From NCBI GenBank assembly GCA_949286725.1, contig CASECZ010000006.1:3847-67846 (forward strand): DNA of 64,000 bases. Reading direction: 5' to 3'. The notes under the pieces were generated by a model that did no database searches, was not told the DNA's origin, and saw only the letters and a list, made by a program, of their open reading frames with translations. This stretch comes from an uncultured Clostridia bacterium (GTDB lineage Bacteria; Bacillota; Clostridia; Christensenellales; CAG-917). The position numbers were made by a program, and so were the translations under genes. The stretch's first letter is position 1, and each line of letters opens with the position of its first letter. Shown here one piece after another: positions 20,167-31,049 of the stretch.

Positions 20167-20784
20167 ATGGGCTACGAACAAATGCAGAACAACAAAGTGT
20201 ACGTCGCGGGAAGAATTCTGACCGCACCCGTCTTTTCGCACGAAGTTATGGGCGAAAAATTCTACGACTTCGTTCTCGGCGTCAGGCGACTTTCCGACCA
20301 GGAGGACGAAATCCCCGTCACGGTATCGGACAGACTGTTTGCCGAAGCCGACGAACTGCGCGTGGGTACGCAGGTCGGCGTGTCGGGGCAGTTGCGCAGT
20401 TACAACAAACTCGTCGACGGCAGAAGCAAACTGGTGTTGCGGGTGTTCGCGCGAGAACTGGACGCGGGCACGTCGGACGCTCCCAATGTCATCGAACTGG
20501 AAGGGTTCGTGTGCAAACCGCCCGTGTACAGAACAACGCCTTTCAAGCGCGAGATTTGCGACCTCTTGCTTGCCGTGAACAGGGCGTACAACAAGTCCGA
20601 TTACATACCCGCCATTGCGTGGGGGCGCAACGCGAGATACGCAGGCGAGTTCGCCGTGGGCGACAAGATATCCGCCGTGGGCAGGATACAGTCGCGCGTC
20701 TATCAGAAGACGCTCGAGGACGGCACCGTCGAGGACAGGGTGGCGTACGAGGTGTCCGTGTCCAAAATCGAAAAATGCGAATGA
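20167..20784 (+). CDS. ssb: Single-stranded DNA-binding protein, clostridial double-OB type
   Basis: NNKVYVAG, GQLRSYN, YRTTPFKREICDLLLAVNRAYNKSDYIP, GRIQSR. Confidence 0.88.
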   Translation: MGYEQMQNNKVYVAGRILTAPVFSHEVMGEKFYDFVLGVRRLSDQEDEIPVTVSDRLFAEADELRVGTQVGVSGQLRSYNKLVDGRSKLVLRVFARELDAGTSDAPNVIELEGFVCKPPVYRTTPFKREICDLLLAVNRAYNKSDYIPAIAWGRNARYAGEFAVGDKISAVGRIQSRVYQKTLEDGTVEDRVAYEVSVSKIEKCE

Positions 20785-20889
20785 GCGCGGCGCGTGACCG
20801 CGTGCGTAAAGCAAATAAGTTTTTGTAACTAATAATTTACTTTTCACCGCCGTTAGTGTATAATCGTTGTATAAAAGACGGGGTGAATT

Positions 20890-22569
20890 ATGGATTTCGA
20901 CTCTTTCGGTCTGAAAATCGTGTATGCGTTAAACGGCAAGCAGGTCGAAACGGAGAGCGGCGACAGCGTACTCGCAGTCGAGAAATCGCTTTCCGCCGAC
21001 CGCATTGTCGTGCGTGTCCGCGCGTCCGAACGCGTGGAACTGATTTCGGCAAAACTGCTCGCCGTGCGTGAATACGCCGACGACGAGGCGTTCTTTGCGG
21101 CGGGGTACCAGTCCTGGACGGTGTCGCGCGAATATACGCGCAAGGACAGACAAAAAGGTCTGCTCAACCTTGCCAATCTGCCTTTCGTCAGGAAGTTTGC
21201 CGCTCCGACGGGCGATTACGATTTCGCCTCCTACGGGCGCAGACTTTATCACGCCGTCGGGTACACCTATCTGCGCAAGGGCGACAAACTGGAATTTTTC
21301 GGTTCCCTAGACGAGAAGAGCGGGTTCACTCTGTTCTACGCCGATATGAAGCAAAACCTTTTCGCTATAACCAAGGACGTGGAAGGGCTTGCCTTCGAGG
21401 GCGAATACACGCTGTTCGACGTCATGCGTTGCGAGGGCGGCTACGACGAAGTCTTCGACAGATACTTTGCCGAATACCCCTTAAAACGTCCCGAAAAGAG
21501 CAGGGTCGAACATCTTGCGGGGTACACTTCGTGGTACAACTATTTTCAGAAAATCGACGAAAACATCATATTGCGCGACCTCGACGGGCTTTACACTGCG
21601 GCGGGAAAGAACGCGAACATCTTCCAGATTGACGACGGTTACGAATCCATGGTGGGCGACTGGCTCGTCGTCGACGACAAGAAGTTCCGGCACGGAATGA
21701 AGTTCATAGCAGACGCCGTCCACGACAAGGGATATATGGCGGGGCTGTGGCTTGCTCCGTTTGCCGCGCAGTATAAGGCGCGCATCGTTGCCGAGCACCC
21801 CGACTGGTTCCTCAAAGACGCCAAGGGCAAAATGGTGACGGGCGGCTTTGCGTGGAACGGCTTTTACGTTCTCGACGTCGAAAACCCCGCGGTCAGGGAG
21901 TACGTGAAGCGCGTCTTCTCCGTCGTGTTCGACGAGTGGGGCTACGATATGGTCAAACTCGATTTCCTCTATGCGTCGTGCATGTTGCCCCGCAACGGCA
22001 AGACGAGAGGACAACTCATGCATGAAACGATGGCGTTTCTGCGCGAGTGCGTGGGCGACAAAATCCTGCTCGGGTGCGGCGTGCCCATGGTGTCGTCCTT
22101 CGGGTTTGCGGACGCCTGCCGCATAAGCTGTGACGTTGAGCTGTCCTTCGACGACAAGTTTTACGTCAAGTGCACCAACCAGGAAATCGTGTCGGCGAAG
22201 AACGCGATGAACAACACCGTTTTCCGCCGTCATCTCAACAAGCGCATATTCCTGAACGACCCCGACGTGTTCTTCCTCCGCGACGGAGGCATGAAACCCG
22301 CCGAGTACACGACGGAACGCAAAAAGTTGCTTGCCAAAGTCAACAATATGTTCGGCGACGTGCTTTTCGTGTCGGACAACGCAGGGGAGTACGACGAGAC
22401 AAAGCGCGAACTGCTGGCGGAGACGTTCAAACCTTTCGAGGGCAAGGTCGCGTCCGCAAAGCGCGTGTCGCGTCATCGCATAAAGGTGGAGTATGAGGAG
22501 AACGGCGTGGACAAAGTCTTCCTCTTCGACCTTGCGACGGGAGAATATTCAGTAAGAGCCGTAAAATGA
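20890..22569 (+). CDS. Glycoside hydrolase family 36 (alpha-galactosidase-like)
   Basis: GYTSWY, FQIDDGY, GLWLAPF, VKLDFLY, RISCD, NDPDV. Confidence 0.88.
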   Translation: MDFDSFGLKIVYALNGKQVETESGDSVLAVEKSLSADRIVVRVRASERVELISAKLLAVREYADDEAFFAAGYQSWTVSREYTRKDRQKGLLNLANLPFVRKFAAPTGDYDFASYGRRLYHAVGYTYLRKGDKLEFFGSLDEKSGFTLFYADMKQNLFAITKDVEGLAFEGEYTLFDVMRCEGGYDEVFDRYFAEYPLKRPEKSRVEHLAGYTSWYNYFQKIDENIILRDLDGLYTAAGKNANIFQIDDGYESMVGDWLVVDDKKFRHGMKFIADAVHDKGYMAGLWLAPFAAQYKARIVAEHPDWFLKDAKGKMVTGGFAWNGFYVLDVENPAVREYVKRVFSVVFDEWGYDMVKLDFLYASCMLPRNGKTRGQLMHETMAFLRECVGDKILLGCGVPMVSSFGFADACRISCDVELSFDDKFYVKCTNQEIVSAKNAMNNTVFRRHLNKRIFLNDPDVFFLRDGGMKPAEYTTERKKLLAKVNNMFGDVLFVSDNAGEYDETKRELLAETFKPFEGKVASAKRVSRHRIKVEYEENGVDKVFLFDLATGEYSVRAVK

Positions 22570-23243
22570 TATACACAGACCATATCGACAGTTTACGCGC
22601 GGCAATAGCCGAATGCGGCAGAGAAGTTGCGGTCGTCGCCGCGGTCAAAATGCAGACCAAAGACACCATAGACGAATTGATGCGCATCGCCCCCGACTTC
22701 CTGTTGGGCGAAAACAGGGTGCAGGAGTTCACGGCGGTCTACGACCCCGCGTACAGATGGCATTTCATCGGACAGTTGCAGACCAACAAGGTCAAGTATA
22801 TAATCGACAAGGTGGAATTGATACATTCCCTCGACCGCGACGACCTCGCGCGCGAAATCGAGAAACAGGCGTCCAAACACGACAAGGTGCAGGACTGCCT
22901 CATCGAGGTCAATATGGGCAGCGAGATATCGAAAGGCGGCGTAGCTCCCGACGAAGTCGACGGCTTTCTCAAATCTCTTGCGGTCTATCCGCATATACGC
23001 GTGCGCGGGTTGATGAGCGTGCTCCCCAACCTCGGCGACTGCGACGAATTGCGTAGCATGTACAGAATGCTCAAAACCGTTTACGACAGGGCGGCGGAGA
23101 TAGAACAGTCTAACTCCGAGTTCGCCTATCTGTCGGCGGGCATGAGCAACGATTTCCGCATCGCGCTCGAATGCGGAGCCAATATGATACGACCGGGGCG
23201 CGCGCTGTTCGGCGAAAGGATTTATCCCCAAAGCGCGATCTGA
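22566..23243 (+). CDS. yggS: PLP homeostasis protein YggS/YlmE
   Basis: GENRVQE, WHFIGQLQTNKVK, SAGMSNDF. Confidence 0.94.
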   Translation: MIYTDHIDSLRAAIAECGREVAVVAAVKMQTKDTIDELMRIAPDFLLGENRVQEFTAVYDPAYRWHFIGQLQTNKVKYIIDKVELIHSLDRDDLAREIEKQASKHDKVQDCLIEVNMGSEISKGGVAPDEVDGFLKSLAVYPHIRVRGLMSVLPNLGDCDELRSMYRMLKTVYDRAAEIEQSNSEFAYLSAGMSNDFRIALECGANMIRPGRALFGERIYPQSAI

Positions 23244-23263
23244 CCCCGCAACACGAGGTGTAT

Positions 23264-23683
23264 ATGAACGAACGAGATTACTATCGCCCCGAAAATCCGC
23301 GTCCCGAGATGCCTTTCGGCGACGGCCGCGGTTTCAACCCCGACGCCGCACCCCGCGGCGGCAGACTTTCCCGCCTGTTCGGCGGCGGCGGTCAGGACCC
23401 CGCGCGCTCCACGATGCAACAGCAGAACGCGGGCGGCACGGTCATCTATTCGCCGTCCACCTATGAGGACGTGCAACTGCTCATCGACCACCTCAAAATG
23501 CGCGAGCAGGTCATCGTCGATTTCTCCGAAATCAACCAGACCTCCGTCTACCGCATACTCGACTTCATGAGCGGTGCAATTTACGCGCTCAACGGCTCGA
23601 TACAACAGATCACCAAAAACATATTTCTTTTCGCCCCGAGCGGCGTCACGATTACCGTCCCGCCTCATCTCGGACGCAAATGA
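23264..23683 (+). CDS. sepF: Cell division protein SepF
   Basis: PSTYEDV, RILDFMSGAIYALNGSIQ, IFLFAP; follows yggS. Confidence 0.9.
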   Translation: MNERDYYRPENPRPEMPFGDGRGFNPDAAPRGGRLSRLFGGGGQDPARSTMQQQNAGGTVIYSPSTYEDVQLLIDHLKMREQVIVDFSEINQTSVYRILDFMSGAIYALNGSIQQITKNIFLFAPSGVTITVPPHLGRK

Positions 23684-24672
23684 CTTCTATGCAGGAAAAC
23701 GAAAAATTAGATCTCATCGACGCAATCAAAAAGAGTTTCAGGTCGCTGAAACTCTTCTTTAAGGAATTCAAGTGGGACAAAGCACACGTGAACGTGCTGC
23801 TAAAATTCTTCCTCGAAGCCCTGTTTTTCGCGTTCATAATCACGCTCGACCTCTGCCTCAAAGACTATCTTTACGACTTCTTGCAGGCTCACGGCGGACA
23901 CTACGCCGCAATAGACGGCGTCCTCGACCTCGTCTATTCCGAAAACACGGGCATGGGCTTCGGTCTGTTCAAGGGCGGCACGACCATGCTATCCGTAATG
24001 ACGGGTATCGTCATCGCGGCAATCATCCTCTATCTGCTTTTCGTCCGCAGGGACAAGGCGTATATCCGCGTTCCGCTCATCATGGTCGCGGCAGGTGGTA
24101 TAGGCAACCTCGTGGACAGAGTTGCGTTCGGTTATGTGCGCGACTTCTTTATGTTTGCCTTCTGGGACAGCTTCCCCATTTTCAACGTGGCGGACAGTTT
24201 CATCACGGTGGGCGCAATCGCGCTTATAATCGGACTCGTGATAATGCTTGTCAAGGAGTCCAAAGGCGAATGGAAACCCGCCACCGCGGAAGAAACGGCG
24301 GAAGGCGCGTCGGACGCAACCGCGGAGCAATCTGCGGAAAACGGAACGGACAATGACGGAGCAGTCGGCGCGGAACAACCCGTCGGTGACAAAGGGAACA
24401 CCGTTCCCGACGGTTCGGAAAAGACGGACGGCGAAAAGCCTTCGGACGGCGAGCGCGTCGCATTTACCGTGACGGCGCAGAACGACGTCAATTCCTCGCC
24501 CGAACGAGTGGGGTTTACGGTCGAACCCGCAGATGTCCCGACGGAACCCGCAGAGGACGATTTGTCCGAACTCGCGGAAACAAGAAACGGGGATAGCGAA
24601 ACGCCGCAGAGAGAAAAACCCGCAAAGAGTTCCGCAAGAGGCGGGAAGCGCGGCGCAGGCGGCGCGAAATGA
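23680..24672 (+). CDS. lspA: Lipoprotein signal peptidase II with long acidic C-terminal tail
   Basis: NTGMGFG, GGIGNLVDR, VRDF, FNVADSFI; start may be 23689. Confidence 0.92.
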   Translation: MTSMQENEKLDLIDAIKKSFRSLKLFFKEFKWDKAHVNVLLKFFLEALFFAFIITLDLCLKDYLYDFLQAHGGHYAAIDGVLDLVYSENTGMGFGLFKGGTTMLSVMTGIVIAAIILYLLFVRRDKAYIRVPLIMVAAGGIGNLVDRVAFGYVRDFFMFAFWDSFPIFNVADSFITVGAIALIIGLVIMLVKESKGEWKPATAEETAEGASDATAEQSAENGTDNDGAVGAEQPVGDKGNTVPDGSEKTDGEKPSDGERVAFTVTAQNDVNSSPERVGFTVEPADVPTEPAEDDLSELAETRNGDSETPQREKPAKSSARGGKRGAGGAK

Positions 24673-25577
24673 CGTACGAAGTCGCAGACGACGCAATCAG
24701 ACTGGACGTCTTTTTGTCCCGTGAAAGCGGTGCGTCCAGGTCGGCGGTGAGCAACGCCGTCGGCGAACTCGGTGCCGTCGTCAACGGTATACGCCGCTTC
24801 AAAAGCGGTTTCGAACTCCGTTCGGGCGACGTGGTGGAATTCGAGTTGCCCGAGCCCCGAACGCTCGAAGTCGAAGCGGCGGATATTCCTCTCGATATAG
24901 TCTTTCAGGACGAGAATTTCGTCGTCGTCAACAAACCGCAGGGTATGGTCGTTCATCAGGCGGGCAGTTACCGCGCGTCGGATACGCTCGTCAACGCCTT
25001 GCTTTTCAACGTGGACAATCTCAGTTCCATAAACGGCGTGATACGACCTGGTATTGTGCACAGACTGGACAAGGACACGTCGGGGTTGCTCGTCGTGGCA
25101 AAGAACGACGAAGCACACCGAAATCTCGCCGCACAAATAGAGAAAAAGACGGCGCGGCGCATATATTACGCTCTTGTGGACGGCAACGTCAAAGAGGACG
25201 AAGGCACTGTTGACGCCCCCATTGCGCGCAGCAAACGCGACCGCAAGAAGATGGCTGTGGATGAGAACGGCAGACGCGCCGTGACGCACTATCGCGTGCT
25301 CGAACGCTTCGGCAAATACACCCTCGTGCGCTTCGAGTTGGAAACGGGCAGAACGCACCAGATACGCGTGCACGCCGCATACATTCATCACCCCGTGGTC
25401 GGTGACGCCGTTTACGGCGGGTCGACGGCGTTGTATTCGGCGGGGCAGTTGCTCCACGCCAAGGAGCTGGAACTGGACAGCCCCACCACGGGCGAACGCG
25501 TGCGCTTTGAGTGTCCTTTGCCCGATTATTTCACCGCCGTGCTGGAAAAACTGCGCAGGGAAAACGGCACGGCATAA
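24669..25577 (+). CDS. rluD: RluA/RluD-family pseudouridine synthase
   Basis: RLDVFL S4 domain, VNKPQGMVVH, HRLDKDTSG, TGRTHQIR. Confidence 0.93.
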   Translation: MTYEVADDAIRLDVFLSRESGASRSAVSNAVGELGAVVNGIRRFKSGFELRSGDVVEFELPEPRTLEVEAADIPLDIVFQDENFVVVNKPQGMVVHQAGSYRASDTLVNALLFNVDNLSSINGVIRPGIVHRLDKDTSGLLVVAKNDEAHRNLAAQIEKKTARRIYYALVDGNVKEDEGTVDAPIARSKRDRKKMAVDENGRRAVTHYRVLERFGKYTLVRFELETGRTHQIRVHAAYIHHPVVGDAVYGGSTALYSAGQLLHAKELELDSPTTGERVRFECPLPDYFTAVLEKLRRENGTA

Positions 25578-25625
25578 AGCGGTTGCGCGGAGCGTAACGG
25601 TATCATCCGAAAAATCGAATTATGC

Positions 25626-25654
25626 AAAAACGGACGGTTTTTCCGTCCGTTTTT
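25626..25654. terminator. Bidirectional terminator
   Basis: AAAAACGGACGG-ttttt-CCGTCCGTTTTT. Confidence 0.85.
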
Positions 25655-25716
25655 CACGTTGAAACGTGCTTTTATGTCATTCTCTTTCCGTCGGTGCATT
25701 GCGTCTGCGTCGTAGG

Positions 25717-27420
25717 TCAATCGTCTTTGACAAGCAGTTCCTTGTGCGCATTCGGGTTGCAGACCACGGTTTTGAAATCCTTGTAAATAACCTGTCCGGG
25801 GTGTCCGTCGGGACGGCGTTTCACGTTGCGGCGCAGGGTGTAGTCGACCTCGGCGTCCGCACCCGCAGTCGCCGCCGCTATCTCTCCCGCAACCCTTATC
25901 ACGCTGTCGGGGACGGGTTTCCCTCCCGCGAGAATGACGACGTGCGCGCCGTGTCTGTTCTTCATATGCAGCCACACGTCGTCCGACCCCGCGACGCGGA
26001 AGGTTATCTCTTCGTTTTGCAGATTGTGTTTTCCCGCAAGCACGGTAAATCCTTCCACCTCGTAGCGGTAGGGCGGTTCGGGTTTTTCTTTTCTTATCTT
26101 GCCTTTCTGCGTCTTGCGCTTGAAGGCACCAAGCCTCGCCAGTTCCTCTTCGATTGCCGCGGTCGGCGCGTCGTACGGGAGATTGCGCAGTTCCTCTTCC
26201 ACCGAGGCGATGTAGTTCTGCATAACGAGGTCATCCGCCAGTTTCTTTTCGGTGAATTCCTTTGTGCGTTTCAACTTGTTGTAGCGGTTGTAATACGCCG
26301 CGGAATTTCCCGACGGAGTCAACCTTTCGTCCAGCGGAATTTCAACGTCCTCGCCTGTGTAGTAGTCGGTGCATTTCAGGACAGAATCTCCCTTTTTTAT
26401 GCGGTAGATGTTGGATACCACGAGTTCGCCCATAATGCGGAATTTGTCCATGTTCTCGCACTCGGCAAGTCTTTCGCGGTCAATCGAGATGTTCTTTTCG
26501 GCTCTTGCACGCAGCCTTTTCACGGCGGCGTTCAGGGTTTTGAGGCGGGCTTTGTTGCGGATTTCCACGTCGCAAGACGTGTCCGCGGCGTCGAATGCCT
26601 CCGACATCGACCCGTAGAAAACGGGTTCCCCTTTCAGCACGCCGTAGGGGAAGGGCAACACTTCTTTGCCCATTGTGCAGGGTGCGAAAACGTCGCTTTC
26701 GTTGACGTTTTTTAACTTGTCGAAAAGGTCGAGAAGGGCGGCTTTCCCGTCGGGCGGAATTTTCCCTGCAAGGTCGGCTTCCGTGCCCGTTCTCCGCAAA
26801 ATTTCCGACACCGTGACCCCCGAAAGACCGCCCAGTCCGTCCAGCAGATAGCGGTGCAGGTCCCCGCCCGAAAATGCGTCGAGGAATTCTTCCGTCGCCG
26901 CCGTGACGAAACAGGGTTTGTTTTTGTCGGGAGGCAGATACTTCACGCCGCGCAGAACGACGTGTCCGCCGCCTTCGTCGAAGGAAAGGTGTTTTACGGC
27001 GTCGAGTATGACGAGATTGTCGTCGGTGAAAACTATGTTGGAATAGCGGTTCATTATCTCTATAAAGAGATAAAACACTGCGTTGTCGCGCATTTCCGTG
27101 CGTGCCGAGAGGGATACGCGGATAATTCTGTCGTCGTTGAAACAGTCTATCCCGTCAATCACGGACACGGCGAGATACTTGCGCAGAAGCATACAGAAAT
27201 TGGGCGCGGTGACGGGGTTCGGTTTGCGCGAAGAGGTCAGATGAAAACGCGGCGCACCCGCATTGCAGGACGCCACGAGGCATTCGTTTTTGCCGCCGAC
27301 GCGCAGGAAAAACCTGACTTCGTCCGTTTCCGGCTGGACGATTTTGTCTATTCTCGCGCCTTTGAGACGGGCGTTGAGTTCCCGTGCCAGCGCGCTCAAA
27401 GCAAGATAATCGCTGCTCAT
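25717..27420 (-). CDS. rqcH: Ribosome quality control protein RqcH (NFACT/FbpA family)
   Basis: KIVQP, FCMLLRKYL, DDRI, EIMNRYSNI, GKHNLQNE, WLHMKNRHGAHV, VDYT. Confidence 0.92.
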   Translation of the reverse strand: MSSDYLALSALARELNARLKGARIDKIVQPETDEVRFFLRVGGKNECLVASCNAGAPRFHLTSSRKPNPVTAPNFCMLLRKYLAVSVIDGIDCFNDDRIIRVSLSARTEMRDNAVFYLFIEIMNRYSNIVFTDDNLVILDAVKHLSFDEGGGHVVLRGVKYLPPDKNKPCFVTAATEEFLDAFSGGDLHRYLLDGLGGLSGVTVSEILRRTGTEADLAGKIPPDGKAALLDLFDKLKNVNESDVFAPCTMGKEVLPFPYGVLKGEPVFYGSMSEAFDAADTSCDVEIRNKARLKTLNAAVKRLRARAEKNISIDRERLAECENMDKFRIMGELVVSNIYRIKKGDSVLKCTDYYTGEDVEIPLDERLTPSGNSAAYYNRYNKLKRTKEFTEKKLADDLVMQNYIASVEEELRNLPYDAPTAAIEEELARLGAFKRKTQKGKIRKEKPEPPYRYEVEGFTVLAGKHNLQNEEITFRVAGSDDVWLHMKNRHGAHVVILAGGKPVPDSVIRVAGEIAAATAGADAEVDYTLRRNVKRRPDGHPGQVIYKDFKTVVCNPNAHKELLVKDD

Positions 27421-27539
27421 AAATTCATTATACACACCTTATCCCCGATGGCAATGCAAATTTTGATTGATTTTCACTTTCGCGTGTGATATAATCCCTT
27501 TTACTTTATGAATAACAAACAGCAACAATCGGAGGACAA

Positions 27540-28979
27540 ATGAGTTACACAATCGAAAAGTTGGAAAAAAGTCAGGTTAAATTCGTCTTCGAAATAGACG
27601 CCGACACCTTTAACAAAGCCGTCGATGCCGCTTATAACAAGACAAAGCACAAGTATGCAATTGCGGGTTTCCGCAAGGGTCACGTTCCCAAAAAGGTCAT
27701 CGAGGGAATTTACGGCAAAGAGGTATTTTTCGAGGACGCAATGGACATCGTAATTCCCGAGGCGTACTCCGAGGCTCTGGATAAAGAAAAGGACATCGAA
27801 GTCGTTGCTCAGCCCGAACTTACGGCGTTTGATTTCAAAGAGGACGGCGGCGCGACGTTCACGCTCACCGTCACCGTCAAACCCGACGTAAAACTCGGCA
27901 AGTACAAGGGTCTCACCGTCGAGAGAAAGGTCGAGAAAGTCACCGCGAAACAGGTTGACGAGGCTGTCGAGCGCGAACGCGAGAAGCAAGCCCGCATAGT
28001 CGAAACCGACGGCGCCGCAAAGAAAGGCGACATCGTCAACATCGATTTCGTGGGTTCCGTGGACGGCGTCAAGTTCGACGGCGGCAGCGCGGAAGATTAC
28101 GACCTCGAACTGGGCTCCGGCAGCTTTATCCCCGGTTTCGAAGACCAGCTCGTCGGCGTGAAAGCGGGCGACGTCAGGAACGTCGAGGTCACTTTCCCCG
28201 AGGACTATCACGCGGAGGAACTCAAAGGCAAGGCGTCCGTGTTCGAATGCAAGGTCAACGCGGTCAAGCATAAGGACCTGCCCAAACTCGACGACGAATT
28301 CGTCAAGGATATTTCGGAATTCGACACGCTTGCCGAATACAAAGCCGACATTAAAAATAAACTAATGAAAGATGCCGAGGCTCGTGCGGACCGCGATTTC
28401 GAGGACGCGCTCGTGCAGGCGGTCGTCGACAATGCCGAGGTCGAAATCCCCAAGGCAATGGTCGATCAGGAAGCTGAAGACATGGTGCGCGAGTTCGAGT
28501 ATCGTCTGAGCTATCAGAACATCAAACTCGACGATTATCTCAAATACCTCAACATGACGCGCGACCAGCTCCTCGACGAGTACAGAGAACAGGCGGAAAA
28601 GAGCGTCAAAGTGCGCCTTGTCATGGAACAGATCGTCAAGCAGGAAGAGCTTGCCTTCGAGGATAAGGACATAGACGCAAAAATCGCTGATATGGCGGAG
28701 CGTTCGGGTCAGGACGTCGAAACCTTCAAGAAAGGGCTCGGCAGAGAACACTACGATTATCTCGCCAATCAGATACTCTCCGACAAACTCATGGATATGC
28801 TGAAAGCTGAAAACGGCGCGAAGAAACCCGCCGCAAAGAAGGCCGATGACGCCGCGGAAGCCGAAAAGCCCGCAGCCAAGAAGCCCGCAGCCAAGAAAGC
28901 AGCCGACGGAGAGGCAAAACCCGCGGCGAAGAAACCCGCCACAAAGAAAACCGCAAAGACGGAAAGCGACGAGAAGTAA
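27540..28979 (+). CDS. tig: Trigger factor with Lys/Ala/Pro-rich tail
   Basis: GFRKGHVP signature; FKBP domain (SFIPGFEDQL, FPEDYHA). Confidence 0.97.
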   Translation: MSYTIEKLEKSQVKFVFEIDADTFNKAVDAAYNKTKHKYAIAGFRKGHVPKKVIEGIYGKEVFFEDAMDIVIPEAYSEALDKEKDIEVVAQPELTAFDFKEDGGATFTLTVTVKPDVKLGKYKGLTVERKVEKVTAKQVDEAVEREREKQARIVETDGAAKKGDIVNIDFVGSVDGVKFDGGSAEDYDLELGSGSFIPGFEDQLVGVKAGDVRNVEVTFPEDYHAEELKGKASVFECKVNAVKHKDLPKLDDEFVKDISEFDTLAEYKADIKNKLMKDAEARADRDFEDALVQAVVDNAEVEIPKAMVDQEAEDMVREFEYRLSYQNIKLDDYLKYLNMTRDQLLDEYREQAEKSVKVRLVMEQIVKQEELAFEDKDIDAKIADMAERSGQDVETFKKGLGREHYDYLANQILSDKLMDMLKAENGAKKPAAKKADDAAEAEKPAAKKPAAKKAADGEAKPAAKKPATKKTAKTESDEK

Positions 28980-29000
28980 TCCCGTCGGACAGGAGAAAAA

Positions 29001-29597
29001 ATGGACATCAGAAATCAGCTTATCCCTATGGTAATCGAGCAGACGGGGCGCGGCGAGCGTTCGTACGACATCTATTCGCGTCTGCTTGAAGACAGGATAA
29101 TTTTCCTTACGGGCGAAATCAACGACGCCGTTGCAGACCTCATCGTCGCACAGCTCATCTTCCTCGAAGGAAAGGATTCCGCAAAGGATATCAGCCTTTA
29201 TATCAACAGCCCCGGCGGCTCCGTTTCCGCTGGTCTTGCGATTTACGATACGATGAACTACATCAAGTGCGACGTTTCCACGATATGCATCGGTATGGCG
29301 GCAAGTATGGGCGCGTTCCTTCTGTCGTCCGGAGCCAAAGGAAAGAGGTTCGCACTTCCCAACTCGAAGGTTATGATTCATCAGCCTTTGGGCGGCGCGC
29401 AGGGTCAGGCGAGCGACATCGCCATTCAGGCGGAAGAAATCCTGCGCACAAAAAAACGCCTCAACGAGATTCTTGCCGCAAATACGGGTCAGGACCTCAG
29501 CAAAATCGAATTCGATACCGACCGTGACTTCTATATGACGGCGGAAGAGGCGGAAAAATACGGCATCGTCGACAAAATCTTCTATTCCAGAAAGTAG
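29001..29597 (+). CDS. clpP: Clp protease proteolytic subunit
   Basis: [24 protein letters not shown]. Confidence 0.98.
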   Translation: MDIRNQLIPMVIEQTGRGERSYDIYSRLLEDRIIFLTGEINDAVADLIVAQLIFLEGKDSAKDISLYINSPGGSVSAGLAIYDTMNYIKCDVSTICIGMAASMGAFLLSSGAKGKRFALPNSKVMIHQPLGGAQGQASDIAIQAEEILRTKKRLNEILAANTGQDLSKIEFDTDRDFYMTAEEAEKYGIVDKIFYSRK

Positions 29598-29623
29598 TCG
29601 GATGCCTCGAAACGTGAGGTAAT

Positions 29624-30862
29624 ATGGACAGCTATCAGAAGGAATTGCATTGCAGTTTCTGCGGTAAAAGCGACAGCGAGGTCGAAAAAATCATCGTCGG
29701 GCCCAACCGTATGACCATTTGCAACGAGTGCATCGAACAGTGCGCGCACCTGCTTGCAAAGGAAACGGAACAAAGCGGCGCGGCGAGCGTTTCGCTGTAC
29801 ACTCCGCAGCAAATCAAGCAAAAACTCGACGAGTATATCATCGGTCAGGACAGCGCCAAAAAGGTGTTGAGCGTCGCCGTGTACAATCACTACAAGCGCA
29901 TCAACCAACCCAAGTCCGCCGACAGCGACGTAGTGCTAGAAAAAAGCAACGTGCTTTTGCTCGGCCCCACGGGTTCGGGCAAGACCTTGCTTGCAAAAAC
30001 GCTGGCGCAGATACTCAACGTGCCCTTCGCGGTTGCGGACGCCACAACGCTCACCGAAGCGGGATACGTCGGCGAAGACGTCGAAAATATTCTGCTCAAA
30101 CTCATACAGGCAGCCGACGGCGACATTCGCAAGGCGCAGGTTGGCATCATCTATATCGACGAGATAGACAAAATCGCCCGCAAGAGCGAAAACGTATCGA
30201 TAACCCGCGACGTCAGCGGCGAAGGCGTGCAACAGGCTTTGCTCAAAATCATAGAAGGCACGGTTGCCAGCGTACCTCCGCAAGGCGGAAGAAAACACCC
30301 CAATCAGGAGTGCTATCAGATTGACACCACCAACATTCTGTTCCTGTGCGGCGGCGCGTTCGTCGACCTCGACAAAATCGTCGACAAACGCAAGGACGGC
30401 TCAAAACTCGGTTTCGGCGCGGCGGTCAAAGGCACCAAGAATTATCGCTATGACGAACTGATTGCCGACCTCCAACCCGCAGACCTCATCAAATACGGTC
30501 TCATACCCGAATTTGTGGGTCGTGTGCCCATCGTGGTGGGTCTCAACGCGCTGGACGAAGACGCGCTCATCAAGATACTGTCCGAGCCCAAAAACGCGCT
30601 CACAAAACAGTACAAGATGCAGTTCAAACTCGACGGTGCGGATTTGGAGTTCGAGCCCGAGGCGTTGCGCGCGGTTGCGGAAAAGGCAATCAAACTCAAC
30701 ACGGGCGCGCGCGGACTGCGTTCCATACTCGAAGACATACTGCTTGACCTTATGTACGAGATTCCGTCCGACAACGGCATCGAAAAGGTCATCGTGCGTG
30801 CCGATTGCGTGACGGCAAAGGCAAGACCTCTCGTCGTGCGCAAGAAAGCGCAGAGTGCCTGA
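29624..30862 (+). CDS. clpX: Clp protease ATP-binding subunit
   Basis: CSFCGK zinc finger, [24 protein letters not shown]. Confidence 0.98.
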   Translation: MDSYQKELHCSFCGKSDSEVEKIIVGPNRMTICNECIEQCAHLLAKETEQSGAASVSLYTPQQIKQKLDEYIIGQDSAKKVLSVAVYNHYKRINQPKSADSDVVLEKSNVLLLGPTGSGKTLLAKTLAQILNVPFAVADATTLTEAGYVGEDVENILLKLIQAADGDIRKAQVGIIYIDEIDKIARKSENVSITRDVSGEGVQQALLKIIEGTVASVPPQGGRKHPNQECYQIDTTNILFLCGGAFVDLDKIVDKRKDGSKLGFGAAVKGTKNYRYDELIADLQPADLIKYGLIPEFVGRVPIVVGLNALDEDALIKILSEPKNALTKQYKMQFKLDGADLEFEPEALRAVAEKAIKLNTGARGLRSILEDILLDLMYEIPSDNGIEKVIVRADCVTAKARPLVVRKKAQSA

Positions 30863-30900
30863 AAAGGCATCAAACACGGGCAATACCGCAACATTGCAAT

Positions 30901-30929
30901 GCCGCCGCGCAATACGGCGGCTTTTATTT
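30901..30929 (+). terminator. Terminator after clpX
   Basis: GCCGCCG-cgcaata-CGGCGGC-TTTT. Confidence 0.75.
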
Positions 30930-31049
30930 GAGGTTTTTGCGGCAATAACTTGCAAAAAAGCCGCGCGTTGTGTAAACTCTCAATATAAACGCGTTTTGCG
31001 TGCGCAGGCGGCGTGATCCGCACCCGCACGGCAAGCCACGGGAGGCAAA

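Noticed and set aside
30863-31049. Remnant of lon between clpX and engB
   Set aside because: The gap is explained by a terminator and a TTGCAA-17-TAAACT promoter; no coding remnant is visible.
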